Assembly: GCA_021820465.1 (NCBI GenBank)
Contig: JAKADP010000001.1
Coordinates: 45,119 to 109,118, forward strand
Source of the DNA: Bacillota bacterium
Lineage (GTDB): Bacteria; Bacillota; Sulfobacillia; Sulfobacillales; JAIMBI01
Reading direction: 5' to 3'
Length of the DNA: 64,000 bases
Shown in pieces: positions 49,688 to 60,397 of this stretch (position 1 is its first letter; each line of letters starts with the position of its first letter). The position numbers and the translations under genes are program-made. The notes beneath the pieces were generated by a model. That model did not search any database, was not told the origin of the DNA, and saw nothing but the letters and a program-made list of their open reading frames with translations.

Positions 49688-50416
49688 CTATTGCAGGCGG
49701 GTCATCTCCCGCCGGAGGCGGCGAATGATTCGCTTCTCCAGCCGGGATATATAGGACTGGCTGATGCCGAGCGAGTCCGCCACCTCCTTCTGCGTGCGCT
49801 CCTGCCCGTCCCCCAAGCCAAAGCGAAGCGTGACGATGCGCTGCTCGCGGCCCGTCAGCCCGGCCAGCGCGCCACGCAGGAGAGTGCGGTCCACCTCGTC
49901 CTCGATGCCTTTGGAGATGAGATCGCCGTCCGTACCCAGCACGTCCGACAACAGCAGCTCGTTGCCGTCCCAATCCACGTTCAGGGGCTCATCCAAGGAC
50001 ACCTCGCTGCGCAGTCGGCTGTTGCGGCGCAGGAACATGAGGATCTCGTTCTCGATGCACTTCGACGCGTACGTGGCCAGCTTGATGCGGCGATCCACGT
50101 TGAACGTGTTGACCGCCTTGATAAGGCCGATGGTTCCGATGGACACCAAATCCTCGATGCCCACGCCGGTGTTCTCAAACTTCCGCGCAATATACACCAC
50201 CAGTCGCAAGTTGCGCTCGATGAGAGGCGCCCGCGCCGGCTGGTAGCCGGCTTTCAGGCGCATCAGCAGGTCCACCTCCTCCTCATGGGTCAGCGGCGGC
50301 GGCAGCGCCTCGCTGGACCCCACGTAGTGCGCAAAGCCCGGCGCCACCAGTCCCAGTACCTCGAGGCAGTGCCACCAAAGCGCCCGGCTCCGCGCGCGAA
50401 GGCTCAGGCGCCCCAC
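49688..50416 (-). CDS. sigE: Mother-cell sigma factor SigE precursor (pro-sigma-E)
   Basis: C-terminal part of ORF 49688..51256. It contains [79 protein letters not shown] and [13 protein letters not shown] 50416 gives a pro-sequence of about 30 aa. No SD is seen, so the start is tentative. Confidence 0.9.
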   Translation of the reverse strand: MGRLSLRARSRALWWHCLEVLGLVAPGFAHYVGSSEALPPPLTHEEEVDLLMRLKAGYQPARAPLIERNLRLVVYIARKFENTGVGIEDLVSIGTIGLIKAVNTFNVDRRIKLATYASKCIENEILMFLRRNSRLRSEVSLDEPLNVDWDGNELLLSDVLGTDGDLISKGIEDEVDRTLLRGALAGLTGREQRIVTLRFGLGDGQERTQKEVADSLGISQSYISRLEKRIIRRLRREMTRLQ

Positions 50417-51204
50417 TGCTGATCGGGGGAGCGGGGACCCAGACGGGCCGGGAGCAGCGCCTGAAAGGAACCATCGAGTGCCAAGGCTTGTGCCGACACG
50501 GCGACGCCGATCGAAGGCAGTGTGAGCCATCGTCCCTCCACCTCCATTTCTGCATGCGGGCAGGGCAACACCTCCAGCCAAGTCGAGCCCGCCGCCGTGG
50601 TGACGGCCACCCGCCGCCGCCCCACGGCCCCGACGGACCCCTCCGACGCGGGGCCGAGGGCCTCGCCCGCCACCACCACCAGCGGGCGCCCGGTAGCCGG
50701 GTCCCGGAGCCTCGTGCCTGAATCCACCAGCGCATCGACATCCACTACGCGACCGCCAACCCACAGCCGGAGCCGCACCAACCCACCGCCAACCCGCCAG
50801 GGCTGCGCTGCTGCACGTGCGAGCCAGCGCCCTCCCAGCCACACGCCTCCTAGGGTGGCCACCAGGGCTCCGTCCGCCGACATCCCCAGGCTCAGCAGGA
50901 CGATGAGGGTGCCAGCCACCGCCACCGCGCCGCCATACGTAGCCAGCGCCACCCGCACCCAGCGCGCACGGCCCAGTCCCCAAAATGCCACCGCGCACAT
51001 GGCCGGCGGCACGAGCACCATCCACAGGGCCGAGGGGCCCAGGTGGCCCGTCAGCAGCAGCACCAAGGGCACCGTCCCCAGCGCGGCGCCGGCCGCTCCG
51101 CGGCCTGGCCGCCACGGAATGCCGGCTCGGCCGGCGGCCACGGCGCGCAGGGTGAGAAAGGACAGTCCTGCGGTTCCCAGCGTGATCACGTCTCCATCCA
51201 ACAT
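50404..51204 (-). CDS. spoIIGA: Sigma-E processing aspartic peptidase SpoIIGA
   Basis: 266 aa. The N-terminal half is multi-pass. The C-terminal half has [21 protein letters not shown] (a D-S/T-G aspartyl protease motif, as in B. subtilis ALIDTGNQL). It lies directly upstream of sigE. Confidence 0.85.
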   Translation of the reverse strand: MLDGDVITLGTAGLSFLTLRAVAAGRAGIPWRPGRGAAGAALGTVPLVLLLTGHLGPSALWMVLVPPAMCAVAFWGLGRARWVRVALATYGGAVAVAGTLIVLLSLGMSADGALVATLGGVWLGGRWLARAAAQPWRVGGGLVRLRLWVGGRVVDVDALVDSGTRLRDPATGRPLVVVAGEALGPASEGSVGAVGRRRVAVTTAAGSTWLEVLPCPHAEMEVEGRWLTLPSIGVAVSAQALALDGSFQALLPARLGPRSPDQQWGA

Positions 51205-51242
51205 CGCTGTGCCTCCCCGCCACCGACCCGTCCCGCCACTCG

Positions 51243-51308
51243 GATTCTAGGAGCACGGCGCCACAGGATCTGTCGCCTCGGCGGGGGCTCCCCGAAAGAT
51301 GTCCGACA
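51243..51308 (-). promoter_or_regulatory. Candidate spoIIG promoter region with two Spo0A-box-like heptamers
   Basis: Minus-strand -10 is TAGAAT (51248-51243). GCGACA lies 22 nt upstream, within GGCGACA (51277-51271). TGTCGGA is at 51308-51302. The remembered 0A box is TGNCGAA. This layout resembles the B. subtilis spoIIG promoter, which has a 22-bp spacer. Confidence 0.3.
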
Positions 51309-51334
51309 GCAGACGGGCGATTTTACGCGCGGCG

Positions 51335-51368
51335 CAAACGAAGAAGAGGGGCCGTCCGGCCCCTCTTC
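51335..51368 (-). terminator. Intrinsic terminator after ftsZ
   Basis: The minus strand reads GAAGAGGGGCC-GGAC-GGCCCCTCTTC, a perfect 11-bp stem, followed by TTCGTTTG. It begins 14 nt after the ftsZ stop. Confidence 0.65.
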
Positions 51369-51382
51369 CAGTGTGCCCAGCC

Positions 51383-52453
51383 TCAGTTGCGGCGGCGCAA
51401 GAACGCGGGAATGTCCAGCTCGTCGCTGGAAAACGCCTTCACTTCCACCTCGGGAGCGTCGCGCCGCTCAGGGGCATAGTCTTGGGCTCGCGCCCCGCGC
51501 TCGCCCGAAAATCCCGTCGCAATGACTGTCACCCGCACTTCATCCCGCAGCGAATCATCGATGACCGCCCCAAAAATGATGTTGGCCTCGGGATCTGCGG
51601 CCTGAATCACGATTTCTGCCGCCTCGTTCACTTCGTACAGGGCCAGGTCCGCTCCCCCCGTGATGTTGAGCAGCACGCCGCGCGCGCCATCAATCGACGT
51701 TTCCAAGAGGGGGCTGGAAATGGCGGCTTTGGCCGCCACCTGCGCGCGGTTCTCTCCCTGCGCCACCCCGACGCCCATCAGCGCCGATCCCATATCGGAC
51801 ATGATGGTTTTGACGTCCGCGAAGTCTAGGTTAATGAGCCCGGGCACCGCAATGAGGTCGGATATACCCTGCACGCCCTGCCGGAGCACGTCGTCCGCAA
51901 TGCGAAACGCGTCCATGATGCTCGTGCGGCGCTCCACGACTTGGAGCAGCCGGTCGTTCGGGATCGTGATCAGCGTGTCAACTTTGCTCTTGAGGTTGCC
52001 TGCGCCCGCCTCCGCATACTGGGCCCGGCGCAGTCCCTCAAACGTGAAGGGCTTGGTGACGACCCCCACCGACAGCGCGCCCACTTCCTTGGCCACCTCG
52101 GCCACGACCGGGGCGGCGCCCGTCCCAGTCCCTCCTCCCATGCCCGCCGTGACAAACACCATGTCGGCCCCGCGCAGCATTTCGGCCAACTGGTCGCGGC
52201 TCTCCTCGGCCGCCTTGTTCCCGATGTCGGGATTGGCTCCTGCCCCCAGTCCCTTGGTCAACTTCGAGCCGATCTGCAGCCGTGAGGACGCCTGCGACAG
52301 CGCCAGCGCCTGAGCGTCGGTGTTGATCGCGATGAACTCCACGCCTTTCAGCCCAGCCTGAATCATGCGATTGACGGCGTTGGTCCCGCCGCCCCCGACT
52401 CCCACCACCTTGATGACCGCAAAATTTTCCGCCGACTGATCAAACTCCAGCAT
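51383..52453 (-). CDS. ftsZ: Cell division GTPase FtsZ
   Basis: C-terminal 356 aa of ORF 51383..53023. ATG 52453 follows GGGAGGA. It contains [13 protein letters not shown], the tubulin signature [17 protein letters not shown] and the C-terminal peptide DIPAFLRRR. Confidence 0.95.
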   Translation of the reverse strand: MLEFDQSAENFAVIKVVGVGGGGTNAVNRMIQAGLKGVEFIAINTDAQALALSQASSRLQIGSKLTKGLGAGANPDIGNKAAEESRDQLAEMLRGADMVFVTAGMGGGTGTGAAPVVAEVAKEVGALSVGVVTKPFTFEGLRRAQYAEAGAGNLKSKVDTLITIPNDRLLQVVERRTSIMDAFRIADDVLRQGVQGISDLIAVPGLINLDFADVKTIMSDMGSALMGVGVAQGENRAQVAAKAAISSPLLETSIDGARGVLLNITGGADLALYEVNEAAEIVIQAADPEANIIFGAVIDDSLRDEVRVTVIATGFSGERGARAQDYAPERRDAPEVEVKAFSSDELDIPAFLRRRN

Positions 52454-52476
52454 TCCGGCGTCCTCCCTCGCTCGAC

Positions 52477-53673
52477 TTAGCCCCACGTTCGGAACCAGGC
52501 CTGTGTCAGCCGTGACCACACTGTTTCGCGTCCAAAGCCCAAGCCATCCTGCAGCCCAACCCGGGCCAGCCCCACCACCACCGCGTACCCCGGGCTTCTC
52601 GCCAAGTCCGACAGGCCCGCCAGACCCGTGGGGGCTCCGAGCCGCACCGGCCAGCCCCACGCCCGCTCGATGCGGTGCGGCAACCCGCGCAAGAGGGAAC
52701 TGCCCCCCACCATCACCACGCCGCCGGGCGGTCCCTTGGACCAAGAAATTTCGGCGAGGCGCTTTTCCACCAAGCCCATCCACTCGTCCATCCGGGCCGA
52801 CACGATTTCCCCGATCTCCGTCTCCTGCACCAGCTTGACGGCTTGTCCGTTGACCGATTTCAGCTCCACCATGCCATTGCTGTCCTCGTCCAGCCGCGCG
52901 CGCTCCACCTTGAGCCGCTCCGCCTGCGCGGCGACGATGCCCAGTCCCTGCGCCAGATCTGATGTCACCAGTTCGCCCCCCACCGGGATGACGGCGAGAT
53001 GGCGGGGAACCCCCTGACGCCACACCACCACCTGGGTGGTGCCGCCGCCCACATCCAGCAGGACCACGCCCAGCTGCTGCTCGTCTTCCGACAGCGCGGC
53101 GACTGACGCGGCCAATCCTGCCGGCACCCAGTGAATGTGGGACATCCCGGCCATCTGCAACGTTCGCCGCAGATTGCGCAGAACCTGGACCTGGGCCGTC
53201 ACGACCAGCGCGTCCACCGACAGCTCCTGCACCGACAGCCCCACCGGACTCCCCCGGGACATCAGGCCATCCAGCTGATACGCCCCGCGGATCAGGCGAA
53301 CGACCTCGTACCCCGTGGATTGCGAGGCGCGAACCAGCCGCGCGGTCAGTGCGTCCAAGTCACTTTCATGCACGGATCGGCCGCGCACCTCCACCGCCGC
53401 GCGGCTCTCCATGCCCTGAAGGTGGTCGCCGTTGACCGACGCTACGACATCCACGGGCTCCACCCCGGCCATCGACACGGCCCGATTCACCGCATCGCGC
53501 ACAGACTGGGCGGCGCGCTCCGCATCCACCACCAGCCCGCGCCGCACCCCCATGATCGGCGTCGCGGAAATACCCAGAACCGACAGGTCCGCGTCAGGGC
53601 GAGCCTCGGCCACGAGCGCGGCGGCCTTGGTGGACCCCACGTCCACCGCCAACACGATTTGGCGCCTCGGCAT
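52477..53673 (-). CDS. ftsA: Cell division protein FtsA
   Basis: ORF 52477..53739 with ATG 53673 after GGGAGGAGG. It has the actin-fold motifs [21 protein letters not shown] and [12 protein letters not shown]. Confidence 0.9.
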   Translation of the reverse strand: MPRRQIVLAVDVGSTKAAALVAEARPDADLSVLGISATPIMGVRRGLVVDAERAAQSVRDAVNRAVSMAGVEPVDVVASVNGDHLQGMESRAAVEVRGRSVHESDLDALTARLVRASQSTGYEVVRLIRGAYQLDGLMSRGSPVGLSVQELSVDALVVTAQVQVLRNLRRTLQMAGMSHIHWVPAGLAASVAALSEDEQQLGVVLLDVGGGTTQVVVWRQGVPRHLAVIPVGGELVTSDLAQGLGIVAAQAERLKVERARLDEDSNGMVELKSVNGQAVKLVQETEIGEIVSARMDEWMGLVEKRLAEISWSKGPPGGVVMVGGSSLLRGLPHRIERAWGWPVRLGAPTGLAGLSDLARSPGYAVVVGLARVGLQDGLGFGRETVWSRLTQAWFRTWG

Positions 53674-53751
53674 ATTGGCCTCCTCCCGCATCCTCAGGTG
53701 CTTCGCGGCTCCCCCCGAAATTCCCTGCCGCCGCCCCACTGGGAAAATCGG

Positions 53752-54114
53752 TCAAGCCTGCCGGCCGGCCCGCCGCGCACGCCATCGGTCCTGCAGCAGG
53801 TGGCGGATCGCCCCTAGATTCTGAAAGATTCGAAAGCCCAACGCAAACAGCGCGGCATAATAGAGCGGCACGCCCAATTTGTCGCCGACATACGTGAGCC
53901 CCGCCGCCAAAATCGCGTTGGACACCAGTCCTGTAATGAACATGGTGGCGTCAAAGCGGTTCTCCAGACTGCCGCGCAGTCCGCCAAACACCGAGTCCAG
54001 CGCCGCCAGCAGCGCAATGGACAGATAGTGGGCAAACGCCCCCGGCAGCACGACCGGGAACGCCAGCCCCACCAACATCCCCAACGCCAGCCCCAGCAGG
54101 ACAATCCAGATCAC
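53752..54114 (-). CDS. sbp: Small basic protein Sbp (DUF1290)
   Basis: 120 aa and multi-pass. It occupies the same position, immediately upstream of ftsA, as B. subtilis sbp. It contains LDSVFGGLR...FITGLVSN...GDKLGV. Confidence 0.75.
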   Translation of the reverse strand: MIWIVLLGLALGMLVGLAFPVVLPGAFAHYLSIALLAALDSVFGGLRGSLENRFDATMFITGLVSNAILAAGLTYVGDKLGVPLYYAALFALGFRIFQNLGAIRHLLQDRWRARRAGRQA

Positions 54115-54141
54115 CGGCCCGGCCCTCCTTGTCTGCCTGCG

Positions 54142-54879
54142 TCAGCGATGCGGCCCGGCCGGCGTGAGCCAGGACAGATTCGGCATCACCGGGAGCGGTG
54201 CGACCCGCACCTGGGACGCCGCGTGAAACTGAATGCTTACCAGCTGGCTCCATCCCTGCACGTCGGGGTCATTCGCCAGGGCCGCCAGCAGCCGCGTGGG
54301 CTGGCCCACCGCCCGGATCACGAAGGGCGACCCTGATGTGACACCGTTCACACTGATGGTGGGGCCCGCACAGTAAATGGCCGTCGTGCTGACGTAGCGC
54401 TGACCCGCGATGGAGATGGCCCGCGCGCCGGCGGCCGACAGCAGGCCCACGATGTGCAGCACATACTGGTCATGCACCAGCTGGAGCTGGGCCGGCTCTC
54501 CCGGGAACGACGGCCGCGCAGCATCCTGCAGGACCACCGTGACCCCGACGCCGGACACCGCCGCCAGGCCGGCCTGCCCCTGGGCCGCGGCCAGCCGGTG
54601 CCCGAGAGGCGCCACCGGAGAGGACGGGCTCGTCGCCGCGTCTTGGCGCACCGTGGACAGCCGCCCGGCCAAGACCGCGTCTCGGGCCAAGGTTGCCTGC
54701 ACCAACTGGGTCAGCATGTGCGTTTCCCGAGCAGCCGCCGTCTGCTGCAACAGAGCCTGGAGCCGCCATTGCTGCACCGTCCAAAATCCCAGGAGCGCTG
54801 CCAATAAGGCAATGACCCCTATCCATCCGCCCGCGGCTGGCGGGGTCCGGGACGGATTCGGGCTCGGCGGGTCAGCCAC
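54142..54879 (-). CDS. DUF881-family division-associated protein (YlxW/YlxX-like)
   Basis: 245 aa with a GTG start. It has an N-terminal TM helix, a coiled region, then GVGVTVVLQD...LVHDQYVLHIVGLLSAAGARAISIAGQR...AGPTISVNG...PFVIRAVG. Confidence 0.75.
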   Translation of the reverse strand: MADPPSPNPSRTPPAAGGWIGVIALLAALLGFWTVQQWRLQALLQQTAAARETHMLTQLVQATLARDAVLAGRLSTVRQDAATSPSSPVAPLGHRLAAAQGQAGLAAVSGVGVTVVLQDAARPSFPGEPAQLQLVHDQYVLHIVGLLSAAGARAISIAGQRYVSTTAIYCAGPTISVNGVTSGSPFVIRAVGQPTRLLAALANDPDVQGWSQLVSIQFHAASQVRVAPLPVMPNLSWLTPAGPHR

Positions 54880-54936
54880 GGCATTGCATCTCCCAGCAGT
54901 TAGGCTGGAAGCAGTATAGCATGCGGCCCGGCGGGC

Positions 54937-56196
54937 CTAAGGCTCCAGGGTGACCGAGGCCCCTAGGCTCTGCAGCCGCTGAGCCCAGTCCTGATACCCG
55001 CGCGCCACCATCTCCGCCCCCAGGACGGTGGTGCGCCCCTGGGCCGCCAGCCCGGCCACCATGAGGGCCGCCCCGGCCCGCAGGTCCGTGGCTTCCACCA
55101 CGGCCCCCTCCAGCGGCGTGGGGCCGTAAATCACCGCCATGCGTCCATCCGTCAGCACATTGGCGCCCATCCGCCGCAATTCCAGCGCATGGCGCAGTCG
55201 GTTTTCAAACACCGTTTCCACCAGCGTGCTGCACCCCCGCGCCTGCGTCATCAGCGCAAGCATCAAGGGTTGCAGGTCCGTGGGAAATCCCGGGTGCGGC
55301 CCAGTGCGGAGTGAAGCCGCCCGAAGCGCCCCGGCGGCGGACACCCGCACCGTGGTGCTCCCCAGCTCGACCACCGCCCCCATTTCCGACAGCTTGCGCC
55401 ACAGGGGCGTGAGGTGCTCCGGGATCACATGGCTCATCGTCACATCGCCCCCGGTCAGCGCGGCGGCCACGGCCACCGTGCCCGCCTCGATGCGGTCGGG
55501 AATCAGCTCGTAGGTGCCGCCCGACAGCGTGCGGCCGCCCTCGATCCAGATCCGGTCGGTCCCGGCACCGTGCACCGCGGCCCCCCGGGCGTTGAGGAAC
55601 TGCGCCAGATCCACTACCTCGGGCTCGCGCGCCGCGTTCTCAATGACCGTCGTCCCGTCCGCGGCCACGGCCGCCATCATGACGTTCTCGGTGGCCCCCA
55701 CGCTCGGGAAGTCCAGGTACGTGACCGCTCCTTTCAGGCGGGCGGCCTCGCCGACGATGTGCCCGCCCGGGCCGTCCGCGAACCGCACGGATAGGGCGGC
55801 CAAGCCCTTCACGTGCAGGTCGATCGGCCGCGGCCCAATGTTGCACCCACCCGGCCGCGACACCGTGACGCGGCCCAGCCGCGCCAAAACCGGGCCCATG
55901 AGGAAGACGGAGGCGCGCATGGTGCGCGTGTACGCGTCCGGAAGGTCCGGCGACAGCGGCCCCCGCGCATCCACCGTCACCGAGTCGGGCCCGGCGGTGG
56001 CGACGCGGACCCCCAGCTCCCGCAGCATGGCCAGCATGTGGCGCACATCCAGCAGGCCGAGCGGCACCCCTTTCAGGGTGACCGGCGCGGCCACCAACGT
56101 GGTGGCCGCTAAGATCGGGAGCGCGGCATTCTTTGACCCGGACACCGCAAACGTTCCCGCTAAGGGCCGGCCCCCGGCAACCACAAATTGTCCCAC
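54937..56196 (-). CDS. murA: UDP-N-acetylglucosamine 1-carboxyvinyltransferase
   Basis: ORF 54937..56271. GTG 56196 follows GGAGGGAGAGGA. The N-terminus is [27 protein letters not shown]. It also contains [15 protein letters not shown] (catalytic Cys). It overlaps the murB end by 37 nt. Confidence 0.9.
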   Translation of the reverse strand: MGQFVVAGGRPLAGTFAVSGSKNAALPILAATTLVAAPVTLKGVPLGLLDVRHMLAMLRELGVRVATAGPDSVTVDARGPLSPDLPDAYTRTMRASVFLMGPVLARLGRVTVSRPGGCNIGPRPIDLHVKGLAALSVRFADGPGGHIVGEAARLKGAVTYLDFPSVGATENVMMAAVAADGTTVIENAAREPEVVDLAQFLNARGAAVHGAGTDRIWIEGGRTLSGGTYELIPDRIEAGTVAVAAALTGGDVTMSHVIPEHLTPLWRKLSEMGAVVELGSTTVRVSAAGALRAASLRTGPHPGFPTDLQPLMLALMTQARGCSTLVETVFENRLRHALELRRMGANVLTDGRMAVIYGPTPLEGAVVEATDLRAGAALMVAGLAAQGRTTVLGAEMVARGYQDWAQRLQSLGASVTLEP

Positions 56197-57137
56197 GTTG
56201 TGCCGTCCTCTCCCTCCGGAGGCCCCACCCAGCGCACCTCCGGAGCCAGCGCTAGGTGAAACCGCTCCCAAACCGCCGCCGCCACCCGCCGCATCAAGAT
56301 CAGCACGTCACGGGCGGTGGCGGTCCCGTCGTTCGCCATAAAGTTCGCGTGCAGGGTGGAAACGCGAGCACCTCCCTCCCGCCACCCCTTGGCACCGACC
56401 GCCTCGATGAGGCGGGCGGCGAAGTCTCCCGGTGGATTCTTGAACATGCTGCCGGCGTTTTTTTCGCCCACCGGCTGCGTGGCCCGCCGATGCTCCATGT
56501 GGTCTCGCATCGTACGCAAAATCGCCGCGCGGGGTGCAGGCGTGAGGGCAAACGACACGCCCAGGACCACCCAGGGCTCGCGCTGGGCCTGGCTGCTCCG
56601 GTACGCGTACCGCATGGCCTCCCGGGGCAACACCACCACGCCCCGCGCCGGATCCCACACCCTGACGCGCTGGACGACGTCCTGGGCACTTCGGCCATGG
56701 GCCCCCGCGTTCATCACCGCGGCCCCTCCGACGGTGCCTGGGATGCTGACCGCAAACTCCACGCCCGACAACTCATGCTCGGCCGCCACGTGGGCCACCT
56801 TGGCCAACGACACGCCCGCACCGGCCGAAAGGGTGGTGCCCTCCCGCCGGACATCGCGACAGGCGCGAGCCAGCGACAGCACCAAACCGCCAAAGCCCCG
56901 ATCCGACACCAACAGGTTGGAGCCGAGGCCCACCACGAGCAGCGGCAGCCCCCGGTCGTGCACCGCCCGGGCCGCCACCACTGCGCGGGCCTCATCCGGC
57001 GGCTCCCAAAACGCCTCCGCCGGCCCACCAATCTTGAAGGACGTATGGCGGGCCAGCGGCTCCGCCGGCCTTGCGTCCACCCCCAACGTACGCAGGATCT
57101 CCACAATCGGTGCGTGGGGTCCGAACGAGCTCTTCAT
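56160..57137 (-). CDS. murB: UDP-N-acetylenolpyruvoylglucosamine reductase
   Basis: 325 aa. It contains [37 protein letters not shown] and NAGSMFKNP. The ATG overlaps the murG stop (ATGA). Confidence 0.9.
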   Translation of the reverse strand: MKSSFGPHAPIVEILRTLGVDARPAEPLARHTSFKIGGPAEAFWEPPDEARAVVAARAVHDRGLPLLVVGLGSNLLVSDRGFGGLVLSLARACRDVRREGTTLSAGAGVSLAKVAHVAAEHELSGVEFAVSIPGTVGGAAVMNAGAHGRSAQDVVQRVRVWDPARGVVVLPREAMRYAYRSSQAQREPWVVLGVSFALTPAPRAAILRTMRDHMEHRRATQPVGEKNAGSMFKNPPGDFAARLIEAVGAKGWREGGARVSTLHANFMANDGTATARDVLILMRRVAAAVWERFHLALAPEVRWVGPPEGEDGTTWDNLWLPGAGP

Positions 57138-58279
57138 GCGCGCCTCCTGGGACGGGACCGGGCCGCGTCCTCCACCGCCGACACAATGCGGTCCAAGGCA
57201 TCGGGGTGGTGCAGGCCGCGGGCCGCTTGGCCCATGGCGCGGCGCCGCTCGCCGTCGTCCATGAGCGCGGCCACCGCTGACAGCCCCTGCCGCCCCACCT
57301 CGGTCTCCGCCACCACCAGCGCCGCACCGCGCTCGGCCCAGACGGCCGCGTTCCTTTCCTGGTGGTGCTCTGAGACGTGCGGAGACGGCACCAGCACCAG
57401 CGGAAGCGCGCGCGCGGCCGCCTCGGCCAGTGTTCCGGCTCCTGCTCGCCCCACCACCACGTCGGCCGCCGCCAGTACGACATCCAGGTCATACACGTAC
57501 GGCGCGACGCGCAGGCGCAGAGCATCCCGCGTGCGGTCCAGGTGGGCGGTGGCCGCCTCAAACCGGCGGGCCCCCGTAGCCCACACCACCGCCCAGTCCG
57601 GCCGGTCCAGCGCGGCGCTCCACACGGCCGCCATCAGCGTGTTGACAGCCGGGGCTCCCTGGCTGCCGCCCGTGCCCACCACCACCACCCACTCGGGGGC
57701 CAGGCCCAGCTGCCGCCGCGCCGCCTCCCGATCGCTCTCCACCACCGACGCCCGGACGGGATAGCCCGTGACGCGCACCACGGTCTTGTCAGGCAGGTGG
57801 CGCGCAGTGTCCGCGTAGGTGGTGAGGACCACCTGGGCGCGCCGGGCCAGCAGCCGATTGGTGAGCCCCGGCCACACGTTCTGCTCGTGCACCACCAGCG
57901 GGATGCGAAGCCAAGAGGCCGCCAGCCCCACCGGCCCCGTGACGTAGCCGCCGGTCGTCAGCAGCACGTCCGGGCGCAGGCGCGCCAAGAGCCGCCACGC
58001 CTCCCACGTTCCCCGCGCCGTCGACCACACGCCCCGCACCTTGGCGGCCAGGCCGGGCTTCAGCCAGGCCGCCGCGTGAATCGCGTGAAACCGCACGCCG
58101 CTGCGGGGGACCAAATCCGCCTCGAGGCCCGCCGCCGTGCCGATGTACATCAGCTCCGCCGTGTCGCTCGCCGACAAAATCCGCCCGGCCACCGCCAGGG
58201 CGGGGTAGACGTGGCCGCCGCTGCCACCGCCCGACAGCGCGATGCGAAGACCCGGTGGGTGGCCGGTGGGTTTAGCCAT
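57134..58279 (-). CDS. murG: Undecaprenyldiphospho-muramoylpentapeptide beta-N-acetylglucosaminyltransferase
   Basis: ORF 57134..58297 with ATG 58279. It contains IALSGGGSGGHVYPALAV, TGGYVTGP and HQERNA. Confidence 0.9.
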   Translation of the reverse strand: MAKPTGHPPGLRIALSGGGSGGHVYPALAVAGRILSASDTAELMYIGTAAGLEADLVPRSGVRFHAIHAAAWLKPGLAAKVRGVWSTARGTWEAWRLLARLRPDVLLTTGGYVTGPVGLAASWLRIPLVVHEQNVWPGLTNRLLARRAQVVLTTYADTARHLPDKTVVRVTGYPVRASVVESDREAARRQLGLAPEWVVVVGTGGSQGAPAVNTLMAAVWSAALDRPDWAVVWATGARRFEAATAHLDRTRDALRLRVAPYVYDLDVVLAAADVVVGRAGAGTLAEAAARALPLVLVPSPHVSEHHQERNAAVWAERGAALVVAETEVGRQGLSAVAALMDDGERRRAMGQAARGLHHPDALDRIVSAVEDAARSRPRRRA

Positions 58280-58302
58280 GTGTGCGCCCCTCTGCATGCT
58301 GG

Positions 58303-59454
58303 TTAAGCGGTGTGTCGGCTGATGTTGAGCAGGATCCCCACGTCGACGAGGCTCAGCAGCAAGGACGACCCGCCGTAGCTGATAAATGGCAGGGTTATGC
58401 CGGTCACCGGCAGCGTCGCCGTCACCACGCCGATGTTGATCGCCGCCTGGCCAACAATCAGGGTAGTCAGCCCCAGCGCCAGCAGCGCCGAAAACGTGTC
58501 GGGGGCCCGAAGCGCAATGCGATACCCGCGCCAGGCCACGACGGCAAACAGGGCGATGACCAAGAACGCGCCGATGAGCCCCAGTTCCTCACCCACGATC
58601 GCGAAGATGAAATCGGTATAGTCCTCGGGCAGATAGCCGAATGCCTGCAGCGAATGGCCCAGCCCCACCCCCAGGATGCCGCCTGATCCCAGCGCCAACA
58701 GCCCCTGGATCGTATGAAACCCGGTGCTCAACGGGTGCTTCCACGGATCCAAAAAGGCCAGCACGCGCTGGCGCCGATAAGTTTTGCCCAGCGCGGCCCA
58801 AGCCAGCACCGGCAGCGTGACGGCACTGAGGCCCGCCATGTGCCGGCTCCGGATGCCCGCGGCGAAGAGCATGACGGCAAAGGTCGCCCCCACCACGATG
58901 GTCGTCCCCAGGTCCGGCTCAGCCAGGATCAGCACCAGCACGACAGCGGCCAGCGCCACGTGGGGCACCACTCCATGCCAGAAGTCGCCCAGGCGCTCCT
59001 GATTTTTGGACAGGAGCCAGGAAAACAGCACCACCATCCCCAGCTTGGCCAACTCCGAGGGCTGTGCCACCAGCGGGCCCACCTTCACCCATCGGCGCGC
59101 GCCATTGATGTCCAAACCCACGTGGGGCACCAGCACCGCCAGCAGCGCCACCACGCTGGCGCCGTACAGCCACACCCCCCAGCGAGGCCACTTCCAATAG
59201 GGGATGCGCACCACGAGGGCCAGCGCCACCAGTCCCAAGAACGTCCACATCATCTGCCGCTCGAAGAAGTAATACGGGCTCTGATGCTGGGCCAGGGCCT
59301 CGGAGGCGCTGGCGGACAGCACCATGATGCCGCCGATGGTCAGCAGCGCCAGCACGGCGCCCAGAAGTATGTAGTCGGGCTCGCCAGCGACGTCCGCCCG
59401 GGCATCGGGCCGGACGCGCCGCGCGGGGGCCGACGGGGAGGGTCGCGTGCTCAT
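58303..59454 (-). CDS. ftsW: SEDS-family peptidoglycan polymerase FtsW/SpoVE
   Basis: ORF 58303..59547 with ATG 59454. It contains QPSELAKL, EPDLGT, LPEDYTDFIFAIVGEELG and PFISYGGSS. In spore formers the gene at this dcw position is spoVE. Confidence 0.9.
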   Translation of the reverse strand: MSTRPSPSAPARRVRPDARADVAGEPDYILLGAVLALLTIGGIMVLSASASEALAQHQSPYYFFERQMMWTFLGLVALALVVRIPYWKWPRWGVWLYGASVVALLAVLVPHVGLDINGARRWVKVGPLVAQPSELAKLGMVVLFSWLLSKNQERLGDFWHGVVPHVALAAVVLVLILAEPDLGTTIVVGATFAVMLFAAGIRSRHMAGLSAVTLPVLAWAALGKTYRRQRVLAFLDPWKHPLSTGFHTIQGLLALGSGGILGVGLGHSLQAFGYLPEDYTDFIFAIVGEELGLIGAFLVIALFAVVAWRGYRIALRAPDTFSALLALGLTTLIVGQAAINIGVVTATLPVTGITLPFISYGGSSLLLSLVDVGILLNISRHTA

Positions 59455-59461
59455 AGCGCGA

Positions 59462-60397
59462 TCATACCCATGCAAGCACCGCAAAGGCCAGCGCCGCCAC
59501 CCAAAACGTCGCGACGACGCGGTCCTCCGACCACCCACCCAGCTCAAAGTGATGATGCAGCGGCGACATGCGAAAGACGCGCCGCCCCGTCAGTCGAAAA
59601 CTGGCCACCTGAATGATGACCGACAGCGTCTCTAAGACGAACACGCCCCCCACCACCGGCAGCAGCAGCGGCGCGTGCGTCACCACCGCCAGTCCCCCGA
59701 GAGCCGCCCCCAGCGCAAGGGACCCGGTGTCCCCCATGATGACCCGCGCAGGATGGAGATTGTAGCGCAGATACCCCACCACGGCCGCGGCCAGCACCAG
59801 CGCATAGGACGAGGCGGCGATCCGCCCGCGTGCAGCCGCATACAGGGCAAAAAACCCCAAGGCGACTACGGTGGTGCCGCCGGCCAAGCCATCGACGCCG
59901 TCTGTCTCGTTCACCGCATTGACCGCCCCCACCAGCACGAACAGCCCCAGCGGGTAGTACCAGCCGCCGGGAGTCATGGTGCCCCCCCACGGCAGCGGCC
60001 ACGGGGCGGAGGCGCCGAGGTGCTGCGCCGCGAACCACAGGAACAGCGCCGACCACACCAGCTGCACCAAGAGCTTCTCCCGAGCCCGCAGGCCAAGAGC
60101 GCGCCGCCGCATCACCTTCACGTAGTCATCCCAGAAGCCGAGCGCGGCAAACCCGAGCGTAAACACGACCAGCGCCCACACGGTGGGCGATCCCCGAAAC
60201 ACGACGAGACTCACCAGCGCGGCGGGCAGGAGAAAAATCGCCCCCCCCATGGTGGGAGTGCCTTGCTTGGCCAGATGAGACGCGGGCCCCGTGGCGCGGA
60301 CCGTCTGCGCCGCGCCCACACGCTTTAAGGCGGGCACCAGCACCGCCCCCAGCGCCAACGCCAGCACTAGGGCGGCCAAAGCCGCCACGGCACTCAA
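59462..60397 (-). CDS. mraY: Phospho-N-acetylmuramoyl-pentapeptide-transferase
   Basis: 311 aa. It contains KQGTPTMGG, GFWDDYVKV, NAVNETDGVDGLAGG, MGDTGSLALG and SPLHHHFE. The TTG start overlaps the murF stop (TTGA). Confidence 0.9.
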   Translation of the reverse strand: MSAVAALAALVLALALGAVLVPALKRVGAAQTVRATGPASHLAKQGTPTMGGAIFLLPAALVSLVVFRGSPTVWALVVFTLGFAALGFWDDYVKVMRRRALGLRAREKLLVQLVWSALFLWFAAQHLGASAPWPLPWGGTMTPGGWYYPLGLFVLVGAVNAVNETDGVDGLAGGTTVVALGFFALYAAARGRIAASSYALVLAAAVVGYLRYNLHPARVIMGDTGSLALGAALGGLAVVTHAPLLLPVVGGVFVLETLSVIIQVASFRLTGRRVFRMSPLHHHFELGGWSEDRVVATFWVAALAFAVLAWV

